NCBI GenBank assembly: GCA_001179505.1
Contig: CDMY01000295.1
Coordinates: 466,506 to 530,505, forward strand
DNA from: Vitrella brassicaformis CCMP3155
Lineage: Eukaryota; Protista; Chromerida
Direction of reading: 5' to 3'
DNA length: 64,000 nucleotides
The position numbers and the translations under genes are program-made. The notes under the pieces were generated by a model that did not search any database, had not been told where the DNA came from, and worked only from the letters and a program-made list of their open reading frames with translations. Below, piece by piece: positions 43,389 through 54,700 of this stretch (position 1 is its first letter; every line of letters starts with the position of its first letter).

Positions 43389-43837
43389 TCAACGGACGAA
43401 CTGAGAGTGACTGAGAAAGTGACTGATGGAGTGGATTGATGGGTGCAATGCATGACAGACACAGAGAATCGCCGGCCACACGAATTGAATGCATGACGTG
43501 GGACAAACAGCGCACGTTACAAACATGTCCTCAGTCTACACGTGCACACCTCTCTCAATCAGTCGGAGAGTCATACAAGTCGCACACAGCCCAGAGGGCA
43601 CACACAGGTCCTATAACCAGTCGCAAAACCAATGCGCTTGTCACAATGACATCCAAAGTAAGTGTCCTATCTGGGTGCCTCTTGCACACACTGATCAACC
43701 ACGACAAACCATGCACGAGAAGTCTCTGCCTGCCTGTTTGGCTGGCTGCCCGTGCCACATGCAATTTGCAAAGACACGCACAGCCGATCGAGGACACCAC
43801 ATATATATCAATACCGATGTACTGGCCCTCGACTTAT

Positions 43838-44875
43838 CTACCTACTTATGTCGGTGTCAAACACATAATGAACACCATGGTCGCCAGTCGACTGGTCTGG
43901 AGTCCCCGTCTGCGGCTGCAGTTGCGGTCTTCCAATCACATACGCTGCGACTCCGTTCTGCCGATAAGCCATGACAGCCGGCGGGGGAAGGTCATCCTTG
44001 AAGCCTCGGGCCCTCAGCACGTGTCTGTATTCCTGCAGGACGCTGCACGGCATACACCAGAAGACGAGGCAGCAGTCGCCGCAGCCATCGGTTGCTGCGA
44101 TGCCGTAATATCTTACAGACAGACAGACAGACCAGTATTGTGTCAGTGAGTCATCGGTCGGGTCCCTCCCAGCACTGCAGCCGGCCATCCGCCTGCGTAC
44201 CTCCTCAGTTTGGTTCGATAGACAAGAAAAACGATGAAGGCGACAACGCTGCCGACTACCGCGACCGGCAGGAACACCGTTATTTTCGAGCTAGGTCTGT
44301 CCTCGGGGTGGACGCTCTCGTCGTTGAGGTAGATCTCCTTGGTGTTGAAGACCCAGACCCAGTAGTAATGGTAGGCGGTCTCCAATATCGTTTTGAGCGA
44401 GCCGGTGAGCATGAGTGCGCCGAAAACCAGGACGCCAATGACCAAGAAGGCGCTGAAGACCACTACGCCCACCCAAAGCGGCACCAGCTTCACCTGTGCC
44501 AACGGCCACGCCTGCGCATACATACGCCTGCGCATACATGCGGCGATTATAAGTAGAGGGAGATCCGTGAATAAGATGGAATAAGGCACTGCCTCTCCTC
44601 TGCATATCTTCACCTTGAGGAAGGCGTAGATGGGCGACAAGCAGAGCCCCAACGTTCCAAGCATGCAGGACGGTCCGTCGGAGAAACAGTCAAAGATGCC
44701 ATCGCTCCACTGACCTGAATGAGGGAAACCCCAACAAACAGACAGACAATCGCATCATTGCGGAACGTCTGGTTCGTGTCCGTCCGCACTCACCTTTCCA
44801 CAATTCATCTCGCGTCGAATCCCCGATGGGCACGGGCAGCTGCCCGGAACGAGGCTCCCTGTCCGCTGCTGACAT
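43838..44875 (-). CDS. PLAC8/CNR-family protein, copy B
   Basis: Paralog of 29118-30157 with a 9-11 aa TM insertion and an altered C-terminus (FDTDISR vs FDTRHK). Confidence 0.85.
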
Positions 44876-45346
44876 ATCGTCCTCGGACCGCCGACAAATC
44901 GTGTGTGTGTAGAGGTCAGAGATCTTGCACGCACAGCCTCTGAGACTGGTCCAGACGCCAGACGGCGGGAACGCGACAGCTCTCTCATCTCTCCATCCTC
45001 CTGGGTCCAAGGGTAAGGTTTACAAACCCTGCACTTTTGACCCCATCATAGCACGCGCTGAGAAATCTCGAGAGGCTGCCTGCCAAAGCATTCAATGCAA
45101 CACGCCTCTGTCTCTCTCTGGCTGCATGTTCGCCCGCCGATGCATAATCTGACGTACACCCACCCGTACGGACGTCTCTCTCTCTGCCTGCATGCCTCCG
45201 CTTCCCTGACCCACCTCCTCTCTCCGACACCGCATCAGAGCAGACGACGCACTGCCCTTCCCGCCCGTCATGCAGTCGCAGGTATGTCTGTGTGTGAAAG
45301 CGGTCAGCCTCTCTCCAGGTGGAATCGGTGAGCCCTCTGCAGGAAC

Positions 45347-46666
45347 TCATTCAGCACACCCATCTCGTACCACCCGGACCGGGCACTCTGAAACACAAAC
45401 ACTGTGACATGTGGGCAGTGGGCCGCCCGCCTTGCTCACCGTCTGCATCTCGGGCGCCTCCCGCAGCAGCTGCAGAACCCGTGACGCCAAAAGAGAGCTC
45501 TCGTAAACCTGCACACGACAGACATCCATGGAAGCTGCTGCATGGCGCGAGCCAGCTGCTGAGGCGTCAGTCGTCAGTTACCTTCTTTCTGCTGTAATCG
45601 AGCCACAGGTCGTCCATGAAGTGGTGCAGACTCTGACTGCCAAACAACCTGACACACAGACACACACACACGGGGGACAGGCAGACTCACTTCTGCTGCC
45701 GACTGGCTGCATGGTTATCTGGCACACCTATCGACAAGCGGCGGTGGTGGTGGCAGCTGTGGCGGGGGCCGTGTGTGTGAGTGGGAGGTGAGCAGGTCCA
45801 CCTTGTTGGCCACTATCAGGATCGGACACCGGCCGCTCAACAGACACTCAGCTGCATGCAGTTGATTGGCAACAACCAGACGCCACACAGATCAACACAA
45901 CGCGAGATACATGGGTCCACAGACAGCTGGCTTGTGCGTTGCCTACCTGTCGTCGGATTCTCCACGTCAGGCCCGTCATCACTGCAGTGATTGGATCAGA
46001 CAGCAAAGGGCGAGAGGGAGAAGAATCCACACACACACACGTGTCTGGGAGTGCCTTCCATGGACTGACCTTTCAGCAGCAGCGGGGCCGGGCTGCTCAT
46101 CCGGGGCGACTTTATCTCTGTTGGCTTCGCCGTGTCAGAATGCCCGTGATGGCGGTGCGGCCCTCTGGCAGACCTCCATCAGCCACTGGCTCAGCTTGCG
46201 ATACGACTTGAGGTTTGACACATCATACGCCAACAGCACACCTGCACCACACAAACCAAATAGCCACACATCCTCCCTCTGTCCGCCTCTGTGTGTGTGT
46301 GTGTGTGGTAGCCCCCGACTGACCGTCAAGCCCATCAAAGAAGACATTCCTCGCCCCAGCGTAGGCCCTGGTGCCGCCCACATCCCAAAACTCTACGGGC
46401 ACGCCGCCCTTGCCGCCATCGGGGCCATCGCCAGACTCCAGCGGATGAATGCGCACGCTCACCCGACAGCCGCACGTCCACGACGCCGCGGGCCGCCTGA
46501 TCTCGGCTGACATAAGGGACCCCGGGCTGCCTGCGAAGGGCGAAGGCGGGCCGCTGCCGGCGGAGATGCCGTTGTCGTTGGGGCAGAGGACGCGCAGCAG
46601 CTCTGTTTTGCCGACGGCCGCGTCGCCCAGGACGACTATCTTGACGCTCCTCGGGAGGGGGTCCAT
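45347..46666 (-). CDS. RABL3: Rab-like GTPase RABL3, copy B
   Basis: MDPLPRSVKIVVLGDAAVGKT...EFWDVGG; same exon structure as copy A. Confidence 0.82.
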
Positions 46667-46869
46667 TTCTGATCAGGGGAGAGAGGTGCTCACCTGCATC
46701 CAATCCGCCAGATCAGTGGAGATCTTGGCCCTGCAGGTCTTGACGTGCGCTGCAGCAGCTCAGATCTCCCATCGGGGCAGCAGCAGGGGATTTGGCGAAC
46801 CCCACTGTTTCAGAAACCCTGAAGTTTTGCGAGCTCGACAGGGTGAATTTTTGAGAGACGAAACAAAGG

Positions 46870-47607
46870 AATGTCACGCCTCCGGCCTCCCGAAGACCTC
46901 CCTGTGTCCTATGACTGCCACTCCAGCTGTCACCTTGCCCTCGGTGGAGTCATCCACGAGCCCGTCGACCAGCAGAACAGAAACACGTGCTGGCTCCATG
47001 CTGCAGCCACCGCATTCAAGTGCAAAGCCGTGCTGAGCGGGTGCCGCGTAGAGGACATCTCGGAGCTCAATTGCCTCTGCAGTGAGGAGAGGCTTCTGCG
47101 GCTGTGTGGCGTGTCTGCTCAAGCCGGAGGGGATCCTGCTCATGCGCTGGAGTGCCTGACTGGAACGCCCCCAAGTCGCCTCGGACACGGACTCGAGCCG
47201 TATGAGCGGGTGAAAGAAATCTGCAGGTACAGTACGGTGGTGGAGGATGCCACAGCATGATGTATGTCTGTGGGCTCTTACCTCGCTCATCAGGTGGATG
47301 ATGCGCGAGGGGCCTGTCGTAGTCGCAAGTGAGCAGCCAGCATCGGTTGGAGTGGTTGAGCAGCGACGGTTGGAGTTGTTCCCCTGTTTGTTTGCACCAG
47401 GCTTTCGCCCACCGGATGATTTCATTGGTTCGTCAACGCAGCCGTATGACTGCCGTTCTGGCCGCACGACATTCCGAGATGGCAACAGCCCCCACGCCGT
47501 GGTGTCCTATGGGTGGAGGAAGACGGAACACGGCATCTGGGTGTAAGTGAGGGCACTAAGACGCAATGGCTGAATGCACATACCCATCACACACACCCAC
47601 ACACACA

Positions 47608-47677
<70 letters not shown>

Positions 47678-48650
47678 CGTGTTTGACTGTGCGACTGTGC
47701 CGTGTGTGCAGGTGGCGGGTCAAAAACAGTTGAGGCGACGATTCCAACCTCACAGAGGTCCCGTTCGGACACGACGGCATCGATGAGGAGGTGAAGAAGA
47801 CAATGGAGCTGCGCAGAAGTATAGCAGTGTGTCCTTCCTACCCCTGCAGGTGCTCGGTGTACCTGTTCCCGCCATTCCATACTTCCCCGGCCTCTTCCCT
47901 CACGGGCCTTACCCCTCACGCAATGCGGTCCGTGGCCGTGGGACTCGGCTGGCCATCTCGGAGGAGCCCCTCTGTGGCGTGTGGCGTGAAAGTGACCGCG
48001 ATGAACCGCAGTCCGTTCACATCCTCTGCTTCGTCGACCAGGCGACAGGGGCGCGTAGAGTGGAGGTGCAGTCGACTATGGCGCACCTCTGCTTCTGCGA
48101 GGTGAAAAAGGTTGCCGAGGGAGGGCAGTCAGGGGCCCTGTATGAAGGAAAGGCTCACCTGTCTGAGCCATATGTACGCGACAAGGATCTGCAAAGTGTC
48201 GAAGGGATCGCCCGGTGGGGCAGGAGGGATGTCCCGGTGCGGCTGCGTCAGACGGGAGAGGATGAGTTTGAGCTCTCCTTCCGTCGCCGCACCGGGGGAT
48301 TCATCACATTCATTTTTGAGCGGGTGGCCTTCCCACCAAATGCCGACGGGCAGCAGCAGGGGGAGGGCGCAGACGAGGAAGGGGGAGGGGGGGAGGATGG
48401 GGGAGGGGGAGAGCATGATGTGTTGGTGGTGGATGACAATGAGGGGGAGGAGGGGTACGACGAGCAGTCGCCTATGGTGCTGTGTGATTAGATTTCCTCA
48501 CGAGAATCTCGTTCTTCCGATGTCTGGTCTGTCTGTCTGTATGTCGTGTGTCCCGTGTCTGGCTGACTCTTTGTCTGGCTGGTCCTTCTTCAGGTGACTC
48601 AACTGCTGAGATGCGTGGCTGGTGAATGACTGAACAGTGTCGTTGTGCTA
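46870..48650. repeat. Segmental duplication block 2, copy B (inverted)
   Basis: Reverse complement of ~31930-33670; more diverged than block 1. Confidence 0.85.
46871..48491 (+). pseudogene. Papain-like (C1A) cysteine protease, copy B, with an in-frame TGA in the NSW motif
   Basis: DQQNRNTCWLHA and PHAVVSYGW are intact, but the sequence reads WRVKNS-TGA(47731-47733)-GDD where copy A has NSW. Confidence 0.72.
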
Positions 48651-48987
48651 TGTCTCTCACCCAGTGTCGGGTGATAGTGTCGATTTCTCCAGTGAAGGAC
48701 ATTAATCACAAGACCCTTCTGAGTGGATCAGAGCTCTGCCAAACGCAAATGCGTGCATTCATCACATTCATACAAAGCAATAGGTTCATCCACAAAGCCA
48801 CCCAGAAACATATGCACAGCGGAATGTTGGTCTGGTATGTCCAGCTAAACACTACTTACTCATTCCTGCACCCCCAATACGCCTTCCGTGTCCCTCCACC
48901 CTCCGCCCTCTAGAGCCCGACACCGATCCCATTCCTACCTCAACACACCACCCACCTACTTCCATCAACCACTGACGCCTCCCCACT

Positions 48988-51524
48988 CTATCGCTTCAGT
49001 GTGAGTGTCTCCTCATCAGCAGACACCACTACAAACGGTGATCCGGCGGATGCGAGTGCCTCGTCCAAAGCACGAGCCGCCAAATACGCCGGGAAGTGAC
49101 GCAGGAGGTATGGCGCCCTCCTTCCTACTGCCTGAGTCATCCCCTCATGGAAATGGACCACCCTGACGCCAGGGGTGTTGGCGATGACGGCATTCATGAA
49201 GTCCATCTGCACGTTGCCGAAGCGGTCGTGGATGCAGCAGGGCGTGTCGATGGTCAGGTGCTCGATGGGCGGGAGGAGGGCAGTGAGGGCGGGGGTTGTG
49301 AAGAGGCGGTAGAGGGGGGATATGGTCAGTAAGAGTTCCCCTTCGATCTCATGGTCGGGATGCAGGGGTACAAAACCCAAGTGCACCTCATCCACATCGC
49401 CGATGGCGTCCAGGCACTCGAGCGCCAGCTGTGCGAGGACACCTGGGGCGGCGTCTTGTGGCGGGGCCTGGTTGTCTGCTGCTGGTGTGGCGTAGCTGGT
49501 GTCGTATCTGCTGGGTGTGTCGGTGAGAAGGATTCTGGCCTTGTTGAGTTGCCCTCTAGCTGGCTCGAGCAGCTCCCTCACCCCTCCCTCTCTGAGCAGG
49601 TAGACGGACGGGAACTGGAAGTCGACGGTTTCCAGTTGCGGGAGGCGGCTGCATCGCTCAGAGGCCGCTGGGAGTGAGGGCAGCACGCCGTCCGCCGACC
49701 CGGATGCGGGGCTAAATATGGTCAAGTAGGTCAGTGACTCGAAGACGTAGTCACCAAAGCTACCCCTGCTGGCCGCCTGGACACCGTCTCGACCGTCATG
49801 GACTCGGCCACTCTGGCCATCTCGCGAACTACCTTCTTGGGCAGCACGTCAGAGGCCGTCAGGCTGAGGCGCAGCAGGTTGTCGTCGAAGTATGCCGCAT
49901 GTAGATGAGCAGCTGGAGTCGTCAGAACAGGATTCGTGTCTGTCTGCCAGTCATCGAGCTGGACAGACTCACGCAGGAGCAGCGGCGGAGGGCGTGTACA
50001 TGCTTGAAGGAAGTGTCAAGCCGTGAGGAGGGGCTGGTGGAGAGAGGCCGGTGTCTGCGGCAGTTGGAGGACATCTTCCAGGAGGAGTGGCTGCCTGACG
50101 TTCGCAATTTACGAGAAAGGAAAAGAACCAGTCAGGGGTCACTGTGAGGGTGTTGAGAACCACACACGAGGCACCTACTTGACAAATGAAGACACGGTTA
50201 GAGTGCACTGACAAAAAGACCTGGGTGAACTGACAAAATGACTTGACCTGACAAAATGACTTGCCTGCACGTCCTGGTCCTCCTCCTGCTGCTGGCCCTC
50301 CCCGTCGGTACCCGTAAGGCCGAACGACGGGCGCACGCTGAGGCTCTCGATGCGTCCAGCGGGGCCAATGGCGCCCTTGTCCTCCAGCACACGCAGAAGC
50401 GTGTCGTGGGAGGAGACGAACTTGTGGCCGACCTGGATCACGCCCAGCGACTTCAGGCTCTTCAGCGAGGGGGCAGCTTGGAGCACGGTGATGAAGACGG
50501 GGGCGTTGGCATGCAGCAGCTGGAAATGGGTCAGGTGGGGGGTATGATCGACCCAGGCGCTCATGAGAAGGGGGTGAAAGCCGCCCGTCACGAAGACCTT
50601 CAGTGCAGGCAGGGACCACAGGCGGCTGTACGCTGCCCCCGACCACATGCCGCCTGCCATCTGGACCATCTCCAGGCTCTCGAAGGTCACCAGTGTGGGC
50701 TGTCGCTTCAGCATCTCAGAATTCGACTGCGGACCGTCGCTCACGCCAAGGGAGGCGTCAAGCAGGCAGCACTTTTTGAGCCGTGCAGCTGATGCCTCCA
50801 GCATCCGTGCGTACACGGACCGGTGACCATGGGAGCGATCCAGCTTCCGCCGCTCCCCTGCCGACACGTCGAAGATGGGCACCGTCTCGAGTGCGTCGTC
50901 ATTGGCCCCTGGTTGGCCGCCGAGCCGGTCCTCTTCGAGCCCTCGCGTGTAGACCTCCTCGTCTGTGATTATTGTGGCGCTCTGCAGCCGGGTGAGACGG
51001 CCGCCCAGCTGCCGCAGGACACTCGTCGGTGCCTTGCGCCACAGCCTGTGCGACTCGGGCGTGACGTCGAGGTGGCGGATGAGGAACGGCGAGCGGCACG
51101 TGTCCTCCATGGCCTTGTTGATGAGGCCCAGCCGGATGGCCTCGTGGGTGGGGATGTGCTCACACACGTTGGCCAGCTTCTCTGGCTGGAAGCCGCACAG
51201 CGACGCATTCGGCGGAGGGGACGCCTGACAACAGCAGCAAACACATCCACACTATGAGGGATGCATAAGCTGTCTGGTCGGAGTTGGTGTATGGCTCACC
51301 AGCTGTCGTTGTGTGATGATCTCATTGGCGATGGCCTGCGCCTCGGGAGTGGTGAAATCTGAAGGCATGCATCAAAACCAAGACACATCAGCACACCATC
51401 ATGTCCAAGCAGATCTGTGGCGTGATGTGATGGCCATCTCACCTGTGTCCGCGTGGTGCCCTTGATCCGCCTGGTCCGTGCGAAGGACGGGCAGCAGGAA
51501 GCGGCACATGCTGACTTGACGCAT
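48988..51524 (-). CDS. Lineage-specific hypothetical protein (possible F-box-like N-terminus plus LRR-like solenoid)
   Basis: Two long exons (50175-51167 and 48988-49725 ORFs) with LANVCEHIPTHEAIRLGLINK and repeated LxxLxx patterns. The domain call is impressionistic. Confidence 0.45.
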
Positions 51525-51770
51525 GCCGGAAGAGGAACAGGAGCTACAGCGCAACTCGTGTGTGGCTAAAGATGGACCGGCGGATGAGAAGGACTCGTCT
51601 GCTCAGGACGGACTCGTGTGACGCCAGATGCCCGACAGCAGCCGAAAGGCAGGCAGCGTTCCCTCAGCAGCTGGACTCAACGAATGAGAGATCTGACTGA
51701 AAGAATCGCGCGGGATGGTGAACCGCAGTCCGAAGCTTACACGTCGCCGAAATAATAGTACAAGAACCCG

Positions 51771-54700
51771 ATGGTGTCGGCTCCGCTGCTTCTCACCTTC
51801 GCCCTTCTCATCTCACAATGCGACGGGCAGGAGCCGCAAGACGCCCAGACGGAGCTTTGGGTGGAGCTCGAGCAGCCCAACACCCGCGGAGGCAACGAAA
51901 CTGACCTGGACGACGAAGAACAACGGGATCAGCCGAGTAAGGGGAAAGAAAGAGGGCAGACAGGCAGACTGACAATGATGTGCTTTCTGGCTGTTCTTGT
52001 TGTGGGTGTTGCAGGCGCTGTGGACGTCATGTACGCGCAGCTGGTCAAGTCCATCCCCGCCACAGCTCGCCGGCTCTTCAAGCCCGCCAACATTCAGCTC
52101 GACACAGTGCTCTTTCAGCTGCACTTCCTCCACGTTGAGCAGCGGTTGTTCGACCTCCGACGGCAGGGTGTGTCGGCGGCACTCGCAAGGGACGACCCGT
52201 TCAGCGCCGAGAGCGGCGCGATGCGGCTGCTCCTCGGCCCGTCATTTCAGCAATGGCGGGGCCTCTTCCGCAACGAGACCACGCTGCGACAGTTTGCCCA
52301 AGACACCGCCACGCAGGTGTCCTCCGAAGGCATTGTTGTGGACATGACCATCGACGAGTCGCGGCTGGAACCGGGCGGCATCGGCGGCCTCATCTTGAAG
52401 CTCACTTCTCTGGGTCTCACGGGCATCAAACACTTTCGACACATTGTGTCGGCGAGGCTGCCAGTCGAAAAAATCGACTTCATGACCAGGATCTCCGGAA
52501 TTCTTGTGCTCCGCGCGTCACAAGTGTTGGTCATCCCTACAGGGTTGGAGGGGCGGCTCAGAAGCCTGCCGCAGCGGCAGAAAGGTTCAGTGGCGGTGCC
52601 TTTGGCGGGTAAGGTGACGAGTCAGGGGGACGAGTCGATGCGGACCGACCGGGTGCGAGAAATGTTCCCTGACATCAACGGGTCAACGCTCACGTGTACG
52701 AAAGAGAGTTGACACACAACAGCACAGCACAGCTCGTGTATGTGTGTGTGCGGCTGGGCTGCTTTGTGTCCTGTCAGGTATCGGTTTCCTATCGGACTCC
52801 TTTGACACTCGTGGCAATGCGGAGACTCTGTTCGAACAGGGGGACCTGCCGGCGAATGTGACGGTGTTGGAAGAACTGCCGGGGAATGGCACCGACGAGG
52901 TGAGCAGTGAGACAGACCGCCATGAGCTATCCATCCATCCATCCGACCACACAACACATGTGGTTTGCTTCTGTGCGTCTGTCTGTCAGGGAAGCGGCAT
53001 GATGGAGCTGGCGTACGTGACGACACAACGACCAGACCAGACCAGCGGCCGCACACAGACAGGCAGACAGACGAGCCCTCTCGATGAATGTCTGTCTTTT
53101 GCTGCCATTGTCAGTTTCGACGTGGTCCCTGGCTGCCCGAAATTCGAATTTCACACGGTATGTGGTCACAGGCCAGCAGCAGCCTTGCCTTTCCGGACAT
53201 GAGAGAGTGGATATATGTGTGTGTGCCGCAGGCATTTCTCGGACAGGTAAGGTGATGGAATGAATGCTGCTGATACCCATTCACCTGAGACGTACCACGT
53301 ACTCTGTTGTCTCTCGTTCGCAGGCTAGTTTCGCCCAAGGTCGGTAGCAGAGGCCGAGCTATCCATCCATCCATCTAGATGCGTGTGTGTGTGTGTGTGT
53401 CTGTGTCCCAGGCATTTTGGACCTGGCCGAGCTCGGCTGCGAGGTGATCGTCGATGACGTCATCGACTTGCCAGAGCCGATGTTTGCCGACGGTCGCCCA
53501 AATGCACCGACACTGACACAACAGCACACGGCACACAACACTGTTATGTCTGTTGTGTCATGTCAGGCGTAAGGGCACCAACACCGACACTGACCGCAGC
53601 TCAGCAAGGGTGTGCGTGTATCTGTGTCGGTGTCGCTCTTGCCTTCATCAGATCATAGCCCAGGCGGTGGATCTGGTGTCTGCGGCAGGGAAGGCCTACT
53701 ATTCCTCGGCCGGCAACAACGGCGACTCGGCCATACAAGAGTACTACAACTCATCGGGCGTCAGGAACAACATCAGCTTCGGCTTTTGTAGGCCATCTCG
53801 ATAGTCAGCGAACCAAAATGGCCGACTGATTGTGTGTGTGATGCTGTCTGTCAGTTGAGTTGGAGTACGAGTGGCACAAGTTCAGCCAGACCGACTCCAT
53901 CGACTTCCCATTTACCCTCGAGGTCGACAGGCTCAATTTCGGCATCCTCAACTGGGACCAACGCGTAAGAGACAGACGCATGTGCTTGAGCTGACGCACT
54001 CACTATTCGGCCAATTTTCTGCCCTGTGCTGTGCTGTTGTGTGATGTCCTACGTGTGTGTGTCTGCGTCATGAATCGACCGATGGGCAGTATGCCAGTGT
54101 CTTTGGTAAGGTCAGCTGCGTGGCCAGCATGCAGGCAGTCGTCGTGTATTTTTTCTCCTTTGCTTCCATGCCACGCAGGCCTCCCGGGCAAACTCTGCGA
54201 CCTTGACATCTTCATCTTCACCGAGTGAATCAGCCAGCCAGCCGTCGCCATGGCTGAACGATCACGTGAATGGTATGGCTTTCGTTCAGAGAGTCGGTCA
54301 AGGACTTGGTACCCATTACGGCCAGCTTCGAAGGGGCGGGCGGCGTAGACTTCATCGAGAGGGGAGACCCTATAGAAGTCATCTTCTTCACGGTAGGTGG
54401 CAGACGAAAACGGAATTGACTGATTGGTTGTGCCTGTTGGTGTGGTGCCACGGTGGGTCAGAATCCCGGCCCCGGCGAGAATCTCGTGCTTCGCATCGGC
54501 AAGCTGATCCCCGCCGGGTGAGTGAGTGAGTGGCATGACGCAAGACACCCATAGGTGCCTGTCTGCCTGCCTACAGGGTGGAGGAGCCACCACCCGATCC
54601 AGATTATATTGGGCTGGTCTGGTTCAGAAGGACCACAAGTGAGCTCCCGGCCACCCAACCACAGTGTGTATCGGATTGTGTGTCCAATTGGCTGGCCAGT

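Larger units (their letters stand above)
41950..46790. repeat. Segmental duplication block 1, copy B (inverted)
   Basis: Reverse complement of ~27180-31900. It starts just after the AMPK stop codon. Confidence 0.95.

Noticed and set aside
47731-47733. In-frame TGA as selenocysteine or an alternative genetic code
   Set aside because: It replaces a conserved Trp rather than a Cys, no SECIS was identified, and other genes here use TGG for Trp and TGA as stop.
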